Notes under the pieces: generated by a model
Seen by the model: the letters and a program-made list of their open reading frames with translations, nothing else
Told to the model about the DNA's origin: nothing
Database searches by the model: none
Translations under genes and position numbers: made by a program
Shown here: positions 15,887 through 25,188 of the stretch, in pieces
How the letters are laid out: the number at the start of each line of letters is the position of its first letter
Numbering within the stretch: the first letter of the stretch is position 1
Origin: a virus
DNA: 42,619 nt
Strand: one strand, 5' to 3'
IMG/VR virus record: IMGVR_UViG_3300022542_001157

Positions 15887-18774
15887 AAATTATCGTATAT
15901 GTCCCAGGCATGGCCTTTGATGGGAACACTTTGAAAGCAGGTAAAAGTCTCGGGGGCTCTGAGACTATGGGACTTATTGTGTCCCAAGAATTGGCAAAGC
16001 GTGGGCATCGTGTAATTTGTTTTTGCAACACAAACGGACCGTCGTTTACTGACAACGTGGAATATTTACCGATCGGCCCAGCAGATAATAACACCCCCTT
16101 TGGGGCCAATTTCGAACGATACGCGGCAGAGATCCCACATGATGTTTTACTGGCCCAAAGAGCGGCGGGGGTTTTCCATAAAAAGTTTAATTCCAAATTG
16201 AATTATTTTTGGACTCATGATCTTGCATTAAAACGCCACGCCGGGGCAATGGCAAGTATGCTTTGGAACACAGATCGAATTTTGGGGGTGTCAGAATGGC
16301 ACAAAAAACAAGTGTCCGAGATCTACGACTTGAACGATGGTTTCATTTCAGTTTTACGAAACGGCATAAATCTTGCAGATTTCAGTCCAGAGGCCGGTCG
16401 CTTGAAATTTAATTCAAAGACTTTGTTGTATACCTCCAGACCGGAACGGGGACTCGAAAATCTCGTGAAGCCCGGCGGAATCATGGAACAGTTGTATAAA
16501 CTGGACCCCGAAATCCAGTTGGTGGTGGCTGGGTACGACAATACCACCGAACAAATGGCCCAATTTTACAATTATCTGTGGGGAAGGTGTGAAGAACTCC
16601 CAAACGTAAAGAATTATGGCCCCCTTGGGAAAAAACAGCTGTACGAATTAATGGGGAAAGCGGCGTTGCATGTGTACCCCACCGAATTTGAGGAAACTAG
16701 TTGTATTACCATGATGGAAGAACAAGCCAGCGGCACCCCAGTGGTCATTACAAATGTTGGGGCACTCCCTGAAACTCTAGCCGGGGGTGGTATGTGGGAT
16801 GCCGATGTCGAGAATTTCGCTGGCGCAATTGAAGGGTTGTTGTCGAATTTCGAAACATGGTACAAAAGACATGAATTGGCCCTGAAAAAAGCCAAAAATT
16901 ATTGTATTGAAGCCGCAGTGGACGACCTTGAAGGGCTTATCCTAGACGATTTTGTAAGACTGTCTAGGAACGTTAACGCGGTGGCGGCTGGGTTGATCCG
17001 AAATTCGGACTTGGTTGCGGCAGAGAAGTTGACTGGGGTTCCTCCAGACGTCGATGCCCCTACCTTTTCTCAATCCACCAAAGAATCCGAGCGTTTTTAT
17101 GAAAACATTGCGGAATACAACATTGACATCGGGAACAAACATTCCCTGGGTAAATACGACAGAATCTTGTCAATGCCGAGGTTACAGCCTGTGATTGACC
17201 AGTTGGCCGACCTTCCAGACGGGGCCAAGGTGTTGGATTACGGTTGTTGTGTGGGGCATGTCACAACCGCCTTAGCTGACAGGTTTCCAAATCTGCAGTT
17301 TGTTGGAGTCGATATTTCGAAATTGCAAATCGACATCGGGAACAAATTTATTGACGCTAACGGATTGACCAACGTCAAATTGATGAACAGTCCAGATGTC
17401 AACCACCCGAAAATTGACAACGATTTTGATGCAGTTGTTGCTCTGGAAATCTTGGAACACATTCATGATTTTGGCGGTTTTCTGGCTGGGCTGTTGAAAC
17501 ACCTAAAATTGGGTGCGCCGGTTATCATATCCACTCCAGCGGGGCCTGTGGAAGCATTCCGGGGTGAAGAGGACCACCCACTCGAACATTTACACCACTT
17601 TGAGGAACAGGATATATTGGACATCATCGGGGACCAAGATGGGTTTAATGTTGTCTATATCAACGATTTTGATTCGAAGACAGGTGATAAACTCGGAAAT
17701 TTTGTGTGGTGGTGGAAACGAAGCCAGAAGAAACTTGGAAAAATTGACTATAACAAAAAACTGATTTTCCAAAACCCGATTCAAACGGTTTCCTGTTGTA
17801 TGGTTGTTTCCGGCAATACCGGGTCACTGAAAAGGACATTGGATTCTGTCTCTTTCGCCTCAGAATTTATTATCGGAGTTGACGGGGCCGAGGATTCCGA
17901 AGCGTTCCGAATTGCTAAACAATACGGGGCAGATGTGTTTTGTTTGACTGGAAGTCCACGAGAAATCGGATTTGATGAAGCCAGGAATGAAACTATTGAA
18001 AAGGCGGGGTGCGATTGGATTTTGTGGATTGATGACGATGAAGTGTTTCAGTGGCCAGAAAGGGTGTTGAAATATTTTAGAAACAACCAGTTTGACTCTT
18101 ACAGTATCGCGCAACACCATTTTAGCGCCGAACCTGCAGGGCTTTTAAAAACTGATTTGCCCGCCAGAATTTTTAGAAATCACAAAGGGATTAAATTTTA
18201 CGGCGTGGTCCATGAACACCCGGAAGTCGGAGTCAATGAGGGGCCGGGTAAAACTTTTGTGATCCCTGCCAATGAAGTGGCTATTTGTCATAATGGGTAT
18301 GATACCGAAATCACACGTCGGGAGCGCTTTCAACGAAATTTCCCCCTGATGGAACGGGAAATCAAAAAGCACCCAGATCGTTTGTTGTCAAAGTTTTTGT
18401 GGATTCGGGATTTGGCCCACTTGAACAAATTTGAATATGAACGGTTTGGAAGAATTACGCCAGAAATTAAGGCCAGGGCACAAGAAGCAATCAAAATTTG
18501 GCGGGGTTTGCTGGAGGATGCGCCAATTCGGATTGTTTCGGACTCCATACCATATGTTTCGGAGGCCGTGGATATCCTCACCGAAGGAGGCGGTTACCTG
18601 TTTAATTTCTGCTTGGATATGTCCTACCGGGGATTTGGGGATTTGGTGGACGGGAAAAGCAACGGAAACATCATCACGGGGAAATTGGAAACCAAAGAGG
18701 ACCTTCTTTTATTGATGAATAAATTCGTTTCAGAAAAAACAAAACCTTTTGAAGAAAACGCAAAGTATTTATAG
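15883..18774 (+). CDS. Three-domain enzyme: GT4-like glycosyltransferase, SAM-dependent methyltransferase, GT2-like glycosyltransferase
   Basis: GGSETMGL...KRGHRV and PTEFEETSCITMMEEQASGTPVV (GT-B). VLDYGCCVGH and VVALEILEHI (class I MTase motifs). CCMVVSGNTGSLKRTLDSV...WILWIDDDEV (GT-A DxD). Start ATG 15883 overlaps the upstream stop (ATGA). Confidence 0.8.
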   Translation: MKIIVYVPGMAFDGNTLKAGKSLGGSETMGLIVSQELAKRGHRVICFCNTNGPSFTDNVEYLPIGPADNNTPFGANFERYAAEIPHDVLLAQRAAGVFHKKFNSKLNYFWTHDLALKRHAGAMASMLWNTDRILGVSEWHKKQVSEIYDLNDGFISVLRNGINLADFSPEAGRLKFNSKTLLYTSRPERGLENLVKPGGIMEQLYKLDPEIQLVVAGYDNTTEQMAQFYNYLWGRCEELPNVKNYGPLGKKQLYELMGKAALHVYPTEFEETSCITMMEEQASGTPVVITNVGALPETLAGGGMWDADVENFAGAIEGLLSNFETWYKRHELALKKAKNYCIEAAVDDLEGLILDDFVRLSRNVNAVAAGLIRNSDLVAAEKLTGVPPDVDAPTFSQSTKESERFYENIAEYNIDIGNKHSLGKYDRILSMPRLQPVIDQLADLPDGAKVLDYGCCVGHVTTALADRFPNLQFVGVDISKLQIDIGNKFIDANGLTNVKLMNSPDVNHPKIDNDFDAVVALEILEHIHDFGGFLAGLLKHLKLGAPVIISTPAGPVEAFRGEEDHPLEHLHHFEEQDILDIIGDQDGFNVVYINDFDSKTGDKLGNFVWWWKRSQKKLGKIDYNKKLIFQNPIQTVSCCMVVSGNTGSLKRTLDSVSFASEFIIGVDGAEDSEAFRIAKQYGADVFCLTGSPREIGFDEARNETIEKAGCDWILWIDDDEVFQWPERVLKYFRNNQFDSYSIAQHHFSAEPAGLLKTDLPARIFRNHKGIKFYGVVHEHPEVGVNEGPGKTFVIPANEVAICHNGYDTEITRRERFQRNFPLMEREIKKHPDRLLSKFLWIRDLAHLNKFEYERFGRITPEIKARAQEAIKIWRGLLEDAPIRIVSDSIPYVSEAVDILTEGGGYLFNFCLDMSYRGFGDLVDGKSNGNIITGKLETKEDLLLLMNKFVSEKTKPFEENAKYL
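16362..16377 (+). promoter_or_regulatory. Weaker sigma54-type motif, sense, inside the glycosyltransferase gene
   Basis: CGGCATAAATCTTGCA. Confidence 0.2.
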
Positions 18775-18781
18775 GGGTATC

Positions 18782-19207
18782 ATGATTTGGAAAATTTTAA
18801 AACATTTAAAAAGGGGGTCGTCATGGGGCGACCCCGAAAGAATGGACCCGTTATTGTTGTTCATTCTTGATCGGATCATTGATGAGTTGCCCACTGGGTG
18901 TGTTGCCAAAATCCATTGTGGATTTAAAACCGTCGGGCATTCTTCGAAGTCGATGCACTACAAGGCGAAAGCGGTGGATTTCCATATTGTCGGTGTTCCT
19001 TTTTTGGTGGCCGAAACCCTTATTTCTGAATTCCTGCACAAAACAGGACTGGTAGATTTGGTTGGGTTTGGGATTTATCCGGAATGGAACAGTCCTGGGT
19101 TCCATTTGGACACCCGCGGGAAACGGGCTTCATGGGGGCGGGTTGGCGGCGAGTATGTCGCATATGCATCAGCCCTTGAATATGCAAAAACAGAAAAGGT
19201 AGTTTAA
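18782..19207 (+). CDS. Peptidase M15-family (zinc D-Ala-D-Ala carboxypeptidase/L-Ala-D-Glu peptidase-like) cell-wall hydrolase
   Basis: H-x6-D (SMHYKAKAVDFH) and PGFHLDT zinc-ligand pattern. ATG at 18782. Confidence 0.75.
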   Translation: MIWKILKHLKRGSSWGDPERMDPLLLFILDRIIDELPTGCVAKIHCGFKTVGHSSKSMHYKAKAVDFHIVGVPFLVAETLISEFLHKTGLVDLVGFGIYPEWNSPGFHLDTRGKRASWGRVGGEYVAYASALEYAKTEKVV

Positions 19208-19663
19208 ATGACTGTCACGTACGCGAGTTTTTTAGAATTTACGGCGGTTTATTCGATTCAGTTTGTGTCGGAAGCCGAGATCAACAGTTCTTTCCTTCCG
19301 TACGGGGCGCTCAGGGTCAATGAATCTTTGGGGAAATGTTATGCAACCCCTTTTTCCAGTGACAATCTGACTGCCAAGGATTTAAGCATCCATTTTGCTT
19401 ACCTGGGGTATTTGCTCAAGACCCGGAATCAAACGGATTCTGAGGAGTTGAGCAAAGATTTACAACTCAGAGTGACAGATATTTGCTGCGGGAATGCCCC
19501 AATGATAACGAATAGTGGCACAAGCCTTTTCCCTGAAAATACAGCGGGGGCTGAGGCGTGGAGCAACACCCAGGACTATAAACCAACTTTCGATATGCGG
19601 GACCCGTTAGATCAAAGGGTTGATCCAGATCTGATCGACAACATTTGGTTAGAGGATGTTTAG
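19208..19663 (+). CDS. Putative head-tail connector/adaptor (DUF1320-like)
   Basis: 151 aa. Position and size; weak motif similarity only. Confidence 0.45.
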   Translation: MTVTYASFLEFTAVYSIQFVSEAEINSSFLPYGALRVNESLGKCYATPFSSDNLTAKDLSIHFAYLGYLLKTRNQTDSEELSKDLQLRVTDICCGNAPMITNSGTSLFPENTAGAEAWSNTQDYKPTFDMRDPLDQRVDPDLIDNIWLEDV

Positions 19664-20119
19664 ATGGCGGCCTCCCTTTTCAACATCCATACCAAAGGGG
19701 CTGATGCCCTAATCAAAAAAACTGGTGTTATCCAGCGGCGAATGCGTAACCGAAGACCGGTTTTCATGGCGGCAGTGATCGAGTACGAAAAATGGATAAA
19801 GAAAAATTTCGAAGCTTCTGGAAGAATGCACGACAACGCAAAATTCCATTGGAAGCCGCTGAAGCCCAAAACAATTGCCGCCCGCAAAAAAGGTGGTGGT
19901 GGTGCTCAGATACTTAGAGACACTAACAATTTGATGCTTCGTTGGGAACGGACAGCTACAAACAACAAGGGCAGGATAAAATCCGGGGTCTTTTATTCCG
20001 GTGTCCACCAAGACGGGGCCGGGCCAGTTCCTCAACGGCGAATTTTCCCGACCAAAAAACAAGGGAAAAAGATTGTTAGACCTGTTTTTGAACATTTTGT
20101 AAAGAAGGCTTTTCGATGA
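19664..20119 (+). CDS. Virion morphogenesis/head-tail joining protein (Mu gpG-like)
   Basis: W-x-PLKP-x-T...ILRDTNNL...YSGVHQDG...RRIFP pattern typical of the family. Confidence 0.55.
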   Translation: MAASLFNIHTKGADALIKKTGVIQRRMRNRRPVFMAAVIEYEKWIKKNFEASGRMHDNAKFHWKPLKPKTIAARKKGGGGAQILRDTNNLMLRWERTATNNKGRIKSGVFYSGVHQDGAGPVPQRRIFPTKKQGKKIVRPVFEHFVKKAFR

Positions 20120-20562
20120 TTTATATAAATTCGATCACAAACGCTTTATTCACTGCTATTACGAGTGACCAGACCGTCGTCAATAGCGGGTTCAAGGCCC
20201 AAAAATATGAAATATACAACACGATCCCGAATTTGTCTCCGTGGATTGGGGTTTATCGGCCAGAAATTGATATTGAACCCAGACGGGCACAGGGGCCGAA
20301 CCCGTGGATGGCAAGACTTGATATCCCGCTCTTTATACAAGTTGCCGGGAACGCAAGCGCTTTAGAAAGAGCGCAGGACGAATTGGAAAGGGTGACAAGC
20401 ATTGTGATGACTGCAGTTGATTGCAACCGTGATCTGAAAAACACCGTGGAAAGTATAATCGGGTACACGGTAACTCCACTTGGGCAAAGTGGAGAGGACG
20501 ACCCGAATCAAGACTATTTTTATGCAAATGAAGTTCATATTTTCGCTGAGGTTTTCGCATGA
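20116..20562 (+). CDS. Hypothetical neck/tail-terminator-position protein, 148 aa
   Basis: ATGA-coupled ORF between the connector and tail tube genes. Confidence 0.6.
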   Translation: MIYINSITNALFTAITSDQTVVNSGFKAQKYEIYNTIPNLSPWIGVYRPEIDIEPRRAQGPNPWMARLDIPLFIQVAGNASALERAQDELERVTSIVMTAVDCNRDLKNTVESIIGYTVTPLGQSGEDDPNQDYFYANEVHIFAEVFA

Positions 20563-20723
20563 TACAAGCAGTTTGGGCCGGTCCAGAAGGTTTGACCCCA
20601 TATGGGTATAAGAAAAAAGGCGATTTACTGCCGCTTTCTGATTCCCAATTTAAAAAGTTGAAGTCGGAAAAATTGGTCGAGCGACAAGCGGAGCCAGAAA
20701 CGAGCAAAAAAAGGAGTAAATAA
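20559..20723 (+). CDS. Small ORF, 54 aa (MIQAVWAGPEGLTPYGYKKKGDLL...), below ORF-track cutoff
   Basis: ATGA overlap with the upstream stop and TAATG overlap with the tail tube start. Fills the gap exactly. Confidence 0.5.
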   Translation: MIQAVWAGPEGLTPYGYKKKGDLLPLSDSQFKKLKSEKLVERQAEPETSKKRSK

Positions 20724-21673
20724 TGGCTGGATATGGTATGAAAAGCCACGCGCTTTTCAATTTTCAAGATAGTTACGGGGCGTCTCAAGTAGACTCCTTT
20801 CAAGCGGTGCCATTTGTCAGTGAGTCATTGACCGACAATATTGAGCAGATTATTGAAGCCAGTATGTACAGTAGATTTGCCCAATCGCCTAGCCACGCTG
20901 GCCTCCGAAGTATAGAAGGTGACATTCAAGCAGAGGCCAACCCCGTAATATTGGGGCACATGCTAAAGTCCACCGTGGGCCTCACGAGTACCACGAGCGA
21001 CACAGGGACACAAACCCATGTATTCCAGCCCAGACAAGCGGATTTTGACGAAAGAGCCGCAACTGACCCCCTGACACTAGAAATTTACCGGGACCAGGGG
21101 AGTGCTTTTTTGTATAGCGATATGTGCGGAAACACCTTGGGTTTGAGCGTCGCGAATGGTGAATTGTTGGCGGTTACTTTGGGTTTGTTGGGTGGAAACG
21201 TAACCAAACAAGCTGGGTCAACTCCGATTTTCCCAGTGGCCAAGCCTTTCAAATGGGACCAAGTGAGCGCGTCCTACAACGGAGTGGCGGTGGTGGATTT
21301 GGTTGATTTGACGATAAATTACAACAACAATTTGTCGAACAAATACACCATGCAGAACACCAACACCCCCAGGAAAACCAAACGCGACAATATGTACTCC
21401 ATTGAAATCGCGGGGACCATGATTTTCCAGGACCACATTTTTTATGATGCTTACACCGAAGGGCAAGAAGCACCTTTTGTAATCAATTGGGCAAGCCAAG
21501 AGGCCCCCAATACTTTGAAGATCGATTTTCCGTTATTGAGGTTTAAGCAAGTGACACCGGTGGCTGGTGGCCCTGGGATGATTGAGGTCCCATTTACCGC
21601 CGATGCTAAATTTTCGGTCACAAGCAATACCGACATGACCATTACCCTGGTTAACACCCAGGAATATTATTAG
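20723..21673 (+). CDS. Major tail (tube) protein
   Basis: 316 aa, immediately upstream of the chaperone-frameshift pair and the tape measure gene. Confidence 0.7.
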   Translation: MAGYGMKSHALFNFQDSYGASQVDSFQAVPFVSESLTDNIEQIIEASMYSRFAQSPSHAGLRSIEGDIQAEANPVILGHMLKSTVGLTSTTSDTGTQTHVFQPRQADFDERAATDPLTLEIYRDQGSAFLYSDMCGNTLGLSVANGELLAVTLGLLGGNVTKQAGSTPIFPVAKPFKWDQVSASYNGVAVVDLVDLTINYNNNLSNKYTMQNTNTPRKTKRDNMYSIEIAGTMIFQDHIFYDAYTEGQEAPFVINWASQEAPNTLKIDFPLLRFKQVTPVAGGPGMIEVPFTADAKFSVTSNTDMTITLVNTQEYY

Positions 21674-21681
21674 GAGAGAAA

Positions 21682-22095
21682 ATGTTTGTAAATCTTGATT
21701 ATCAAGAGTTTGAAGTACAAGAAGGAATCACGATGGAAATAAAATCATTAGACACGCTGTCTTATCAGCGTGTCATGGGGTTTCTTAGTGGTGGCGGGTT
21801 TGATCAAAGTGTTGATGCAAAAATCCGGGCGGAGAAATTGCAGAAATCTTTTTCCTCCCCTGAAATTTATGAATTGTTGAAGGATTTGCTTCCAAAACAT
21901 TGCAGGAACCTTAAAGGATTAAACCTGCGCGTTGATGGGGTGGAGCGCATCGCAACAATTGATGACATTGTGTCCCATGGGGTGTTTTTAACTATGTGCG
22001 TGAATATCATGGTTAAAATCTTTACAAACTCGGCTATTTCCAAAGGCGAGGAAGATGTAATAAAAAAGGCAGTGCCCGCCTTGCCAGAGGCATAA
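21682..22095 (+). CDS. Tail assembly chaperone (gpG analogue)
   Basis: 137 aa. Contains the in-frame slippery A_AAA_AAG near its 3' end. Confidence 0.8.
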   Translation: MFVNLDYQEFEVQEGITMEIKSLDTLSYQRVMGFLSGGGFDQSVDAKIRAEKLQKSFSSPEIYELLKDLLPKHCRNLKGLNLRVDGVERIATIDDIVSHGVFLTMCVNIMVKIFTNSAISKGEEDVIKKAVPALPEA

Positions 22096-22322
22096 CAATC
22101 CAAGGCGGGCCCATGGTCCGTGGGTTTTTGGTAAATACGTGGTTTGACCTGTTCATGGCGTGTCACAACATCGGCACCGGTGGCGTAATTCAGTGGTGTT
22201 GGCCAGACGGGAAAAGCGTTTTCGAACAACCCGCATATATGTCTAAAATTTTCAAATTGATCTTAACCGAAATCAATAAAGCGGCAAAACAAGCAAAGGC
22301 AAATGGCAAGCGGAAAGATTGA
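21682..22322 (+). CDS. Tail assembly chaperone -1 frameshift fusion (gpGT analogue); shift at 22062..22068
   Basis: After a -1 slip the reading ...KKGSARLARGITIQGGPMVRGFLVNTW... runs into the 22113..22322 frame. Confidence 0.75.
22062..22110 (+). promoter_or_regulatory. Programmed -1 ribosomal frameshift signal: heptamer A_AAA_AAG plus 9-bp stem-loop
   Basis: Heptamer at 22062..22068 in the zero frame. GCCCGCCTT (22074..22082) pairs with AAGGCGGGC (22102..22110), 5 nt downstream. Confidence 0.8.
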
Positions 22323-25188
22323 AACTATAATTACCGGAAAAGACACATCGGGGAAAGCTTTTAAAAGCTTTTCTGTGAATTTGACGGAATTGAATCAAGG
22401 AATTGAATTGTTGTCCAAGGCCATGGACGCTTTAGTGGCCCCATTTGCCGCCGTTATTGATGAGGGGTCACAATTCACCGCACAGATGTCTGCAGTTGCG
22501 GCTATTTCTAAAACCACTGCAGACGAATTTTCAAAACTCACCGACGAAGCCAAACGAATTGGGGAAACCACAGCATTTACCGCCATTCAGGCTGGGGAAG
22601 CCATGGAAGAACTCAGGCGTGCTGGCTTGGATACTGCAGACACCTTAACCACCACGGCGCAAGCCATGGATTTGGCCGCCGCCACGGGTTCTGACCTCGC
22701 CACTGCCGCCCGTGTTGTGGCTGTTCAAATGAAAGTGTTTGAGGGAGAATCACTCCAGGCAAAAAAAGCTGTAGACCTCATGGTCCAAACGGTTGGAGCT
22801 TCACCACAAGACTTTTCCGCATTAACTGCCGCCTTGGAAACTTCCGGGGGTGTCGCGTCTGCAATGGGCATCGATTTTAAAGAGCTTACTGGAATTCTGG
22901 GGGCGATGGCCAACGCTGGTGTTCGTGGGGAAAAAGCCGGGACTGCTTTAAATGGTGCAATCGCAAGATTATTGAATCCCGCGAAGGGGGCGGCTGATGT
23001 TCTTACAAAATACGGAATTTCGCTTGACCAAGTAAACCCGACTACTCAAAAATTCGCGGATATCTTGGATACTTTAAAAGATGCTGAAATTGAGCAGAAA
23101 GATTTGCTCACTCTTTTGGGTCAAGAAGCCGGGCCAAAGTTCTTCAAGGTTATTGACCAGGGTGGTGATTCCATCCGGGATTTTACGAAAGCTCAGGAGG
23201 AATCCAACACAGCGGCGGAAGCGGCGAGAATCAGACTGGACAATTTGACTGGGGATGTTACCTTATTTGACTCCGCAATGTCTGGTATCAAAATCCAAAT
23301 TTTTGAAACTTTTGATGACGTCCTTCGAGGAGTAGTACAGCAATCCACCGCCATGGCTGGGGCTTTTACTGCGTTTCTGAAACAAAACCAAGGGCCGATG
23401 ACTGCATTTTTTCAGGGCTTGGGCGATAAAATGGACACTGTTAAAGAGGTCATCGCTTCCATGGTTCGCGGTTTTGGTTTCCTGCTGGAAGGGTTCGGAC
23501 AATTGCTGTCATCGGGACCGGTCCTGGAATTCATTGACCAACTTGAAAAAGCTTTTACCAAAATTTATACCGAGGGAATATTACCTCTAGTCGGGAAGAT
23601 TAGAGAATTTATCGAGGTGATCTTCGAGACTGTTTCCTCGAATGAAGATTTGTCAGTTGTACTGGAAAATGTTTTCAAATTGTTTGGAATTGGAGTGGGG
23701 GTGATTTCTGACCTTTCCGTAATGGCTTATCAATTGATAGCCGCCATAATTGGCGTTGCTTCGGACGCTTTCGGCCCGTTGTTTGATATTTTGGTCAAAG
23801 TGGTCCGGGTGATGACCGAGGATATGCTTTCTGCAATCGATTTCGTAAATGATTCAATTGACGCTGTTGGGGGCGCAGTCAAAACCATAACTGGCGTTTG
23901 GAAAAGTTTCATGGACATGATCGATGACACACTACAAGACATCAACACCACAATAACCAATGTAAAAGAAACTTGGGATTCGTTTGTCCAGGGATTCAAA
24001 GACGCTCTGGAGCCTGTCCGGAAGTTCAAGCAATTCATGGACGGAGTTGATGACACCATCAATCGGAAATTAAAAGCCGGTTTCAAAGTTGGGGCGGACG
24101 CGGTAGTGGATTTCACAAAGAAAATTGTTGGTGCCGATGAAGCCTCCAAAGATCTTAGTTGGACATTGGTAGGGAACACGTTGTCTGTGGATGCTAAAGT
24201 GACAGGTGACGCTTTTATCGCGGCCGGTAGAAGTTTACAACAGTACGGGCTGGACACCGATGAAGCAAACAAAGCGTCTAAGGAATTGAACAAGACTATC
24301 TCGGATACTGGGGATGAATTAGATGATGTAACAGCAAAGGCAAAAGATGCTGGTGCCGCTCTTGCTGAGGCGTCAGCAAGTGGCGATTTTAGTGGGTTGG
24401 GGGACATCGGGATTTCGGCGGCTAAGAAAATCACGGGCGTAAGTGGCGCTATTGAAGGATTCGCACAAGGGGGGGTTGCCGGGGCTATTGCCGGGGCAAT
24501 CATGGAATTGCTTTTCGCAAATGAACAATTTGCTGAGGCATTTGGGGAGTTAAATAAAACCATTGGGGAAGTTATAGCGCCATTATTGGTAGAGTTCATA
24601 CCGATAATTAAAGAATTGACGGTATTGGCTAAAGCAATGGCCCCAATATTTAAAAAATTAGCGCCATTATTGGGTGCTTTTCTCGCGATTTTTACCACTA
24701 TGATTGGCGGGGTTGTCGCTTTAGTTGATTTTTTTGTGGACGTCGCAGAGGATTTGTCGGTTGCGTTCGAGCGTTTCGGAGAAGGACTTGAAGGGGTTGC
24801 TGGTTTCTTAGAGGACCTTATAGATTCCCTGGATTCATTGCTGGAGCCTATTGCGGATTTGATCGATGCTCTTTCAGGTGGAGTTGGTGGGGCGGCGAGT
24901 GAAGCGGGAAATCTTCTCTCCGATATCGGCAGTGTTCTTGGTTTCGCGGGCGGCTCGGATGGTTTGACACAAGACCAACTTTTGAGAATTCCAGGGATGG
25001 AAGTCGGATCGGGACTGATCAAAGCCCATGTTGGGGAAGTAGTGACCCCAGCTGGCGAAGCCAATGGGGTCGGTGGGGCAATCAGTATTACAATGAATGT
25101 GCGGTCTATCAACCCACGGGAGCAGACAAATGAAATCAGACAATTGCTGGAAGAGTTATTTTTATCTGGGAGGCTGCGGGTAGCGTGA
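22303..25188 (+). CDS. Tape measure protein
   Basis: 961 aa, Ala/Gly/Leu-rich and helical, positioned after the chaperone pair. Confidence 0.9.
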   Translation: MASGKIETIITGKDTSGKAFKSFSVNLTELNQGIELLSKAMDALVAPFAAVIDEGSQFTAQMSAVAAISKTTADEFSKLTDEAKRIGETTAFTAIQAGEAMEELRRAGLDTADTLTTTAQAMDLAAATGSDLATAARVVAVQMKVFEGESLQAKKAVDLMVQTVGASPQDFSALTAALETSGGVASAMGIDFKELTGILGAMANAGVRGEKAGTALNGAIARLLNPAKGAADVLTKYGISLDQVNPTTQKFADILDTLKDAEIEQKDLLTLLGQEAGPKFFKVIDQGGDSIRDFTKAQEESNTAAEAARIRLDNLTGDVTLFDSAMSGIKIQIFETFDDVLRGVVQQSTAMAGAFTAFLKQNQGPMTAFFQGLGDKMDTVKEVIASMVRGFGFLLEGFGQLLSSGPVLEFIDQLEKAFTKIYTEGILPLVGKIREFIEVIFETVSSNEDLSVVLENVFKLFGIGVGVISDLSVMAYQLIAAIIGVASDAFGPLFDILVKVVRVMTEDMLSAIDFVNDSIDAVGGAVKTITGVWKSFMDMIDDTLQDINTTITNVKETWDSFVQGFKDALEPVRKFKQFMDGVDDTINRKLKAGFKVGADAVVDFTKKIVGADEASKDLSWTLVGNTLSVDAKVTGDAFIAAGRSLQQYGLDTDEANKASKELNKTISDTGDELDDVTAKAKDAGAALAEASASGDFSGLGDIGISAAKKITGVSGAIEGFAQGGVAGAIAGAIMELLFANEQFAEAFGELNKTIGEVIAPLLVEFIPIIKELTVLAKAMAPIFKKLAPLLGAFLAIFTTMIGGVVALVDFFVDVAEDLSVAFERFGEGLEGVAGFLEDLIDSLDSLLEPIADLIDALSGGVGGAASEAGNLLSDIGSVLGFAGGSDGLTQDQLLRIPGMEVGSGLIKAHVGEVVTPAGEANGVGGAISITMNVRSINPREQTNEIRQLLEELFLSGRLRVA

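Noticed and set aside
23730-25112. 460-aa minus-strand ORF
   Set aside because: Lies fully antisense to the tape measure gene. Low-complexity Ser/Ala/Pro-rich translation typical of the reverse frame of an Ala/Gly-rich gene. No RBS context.
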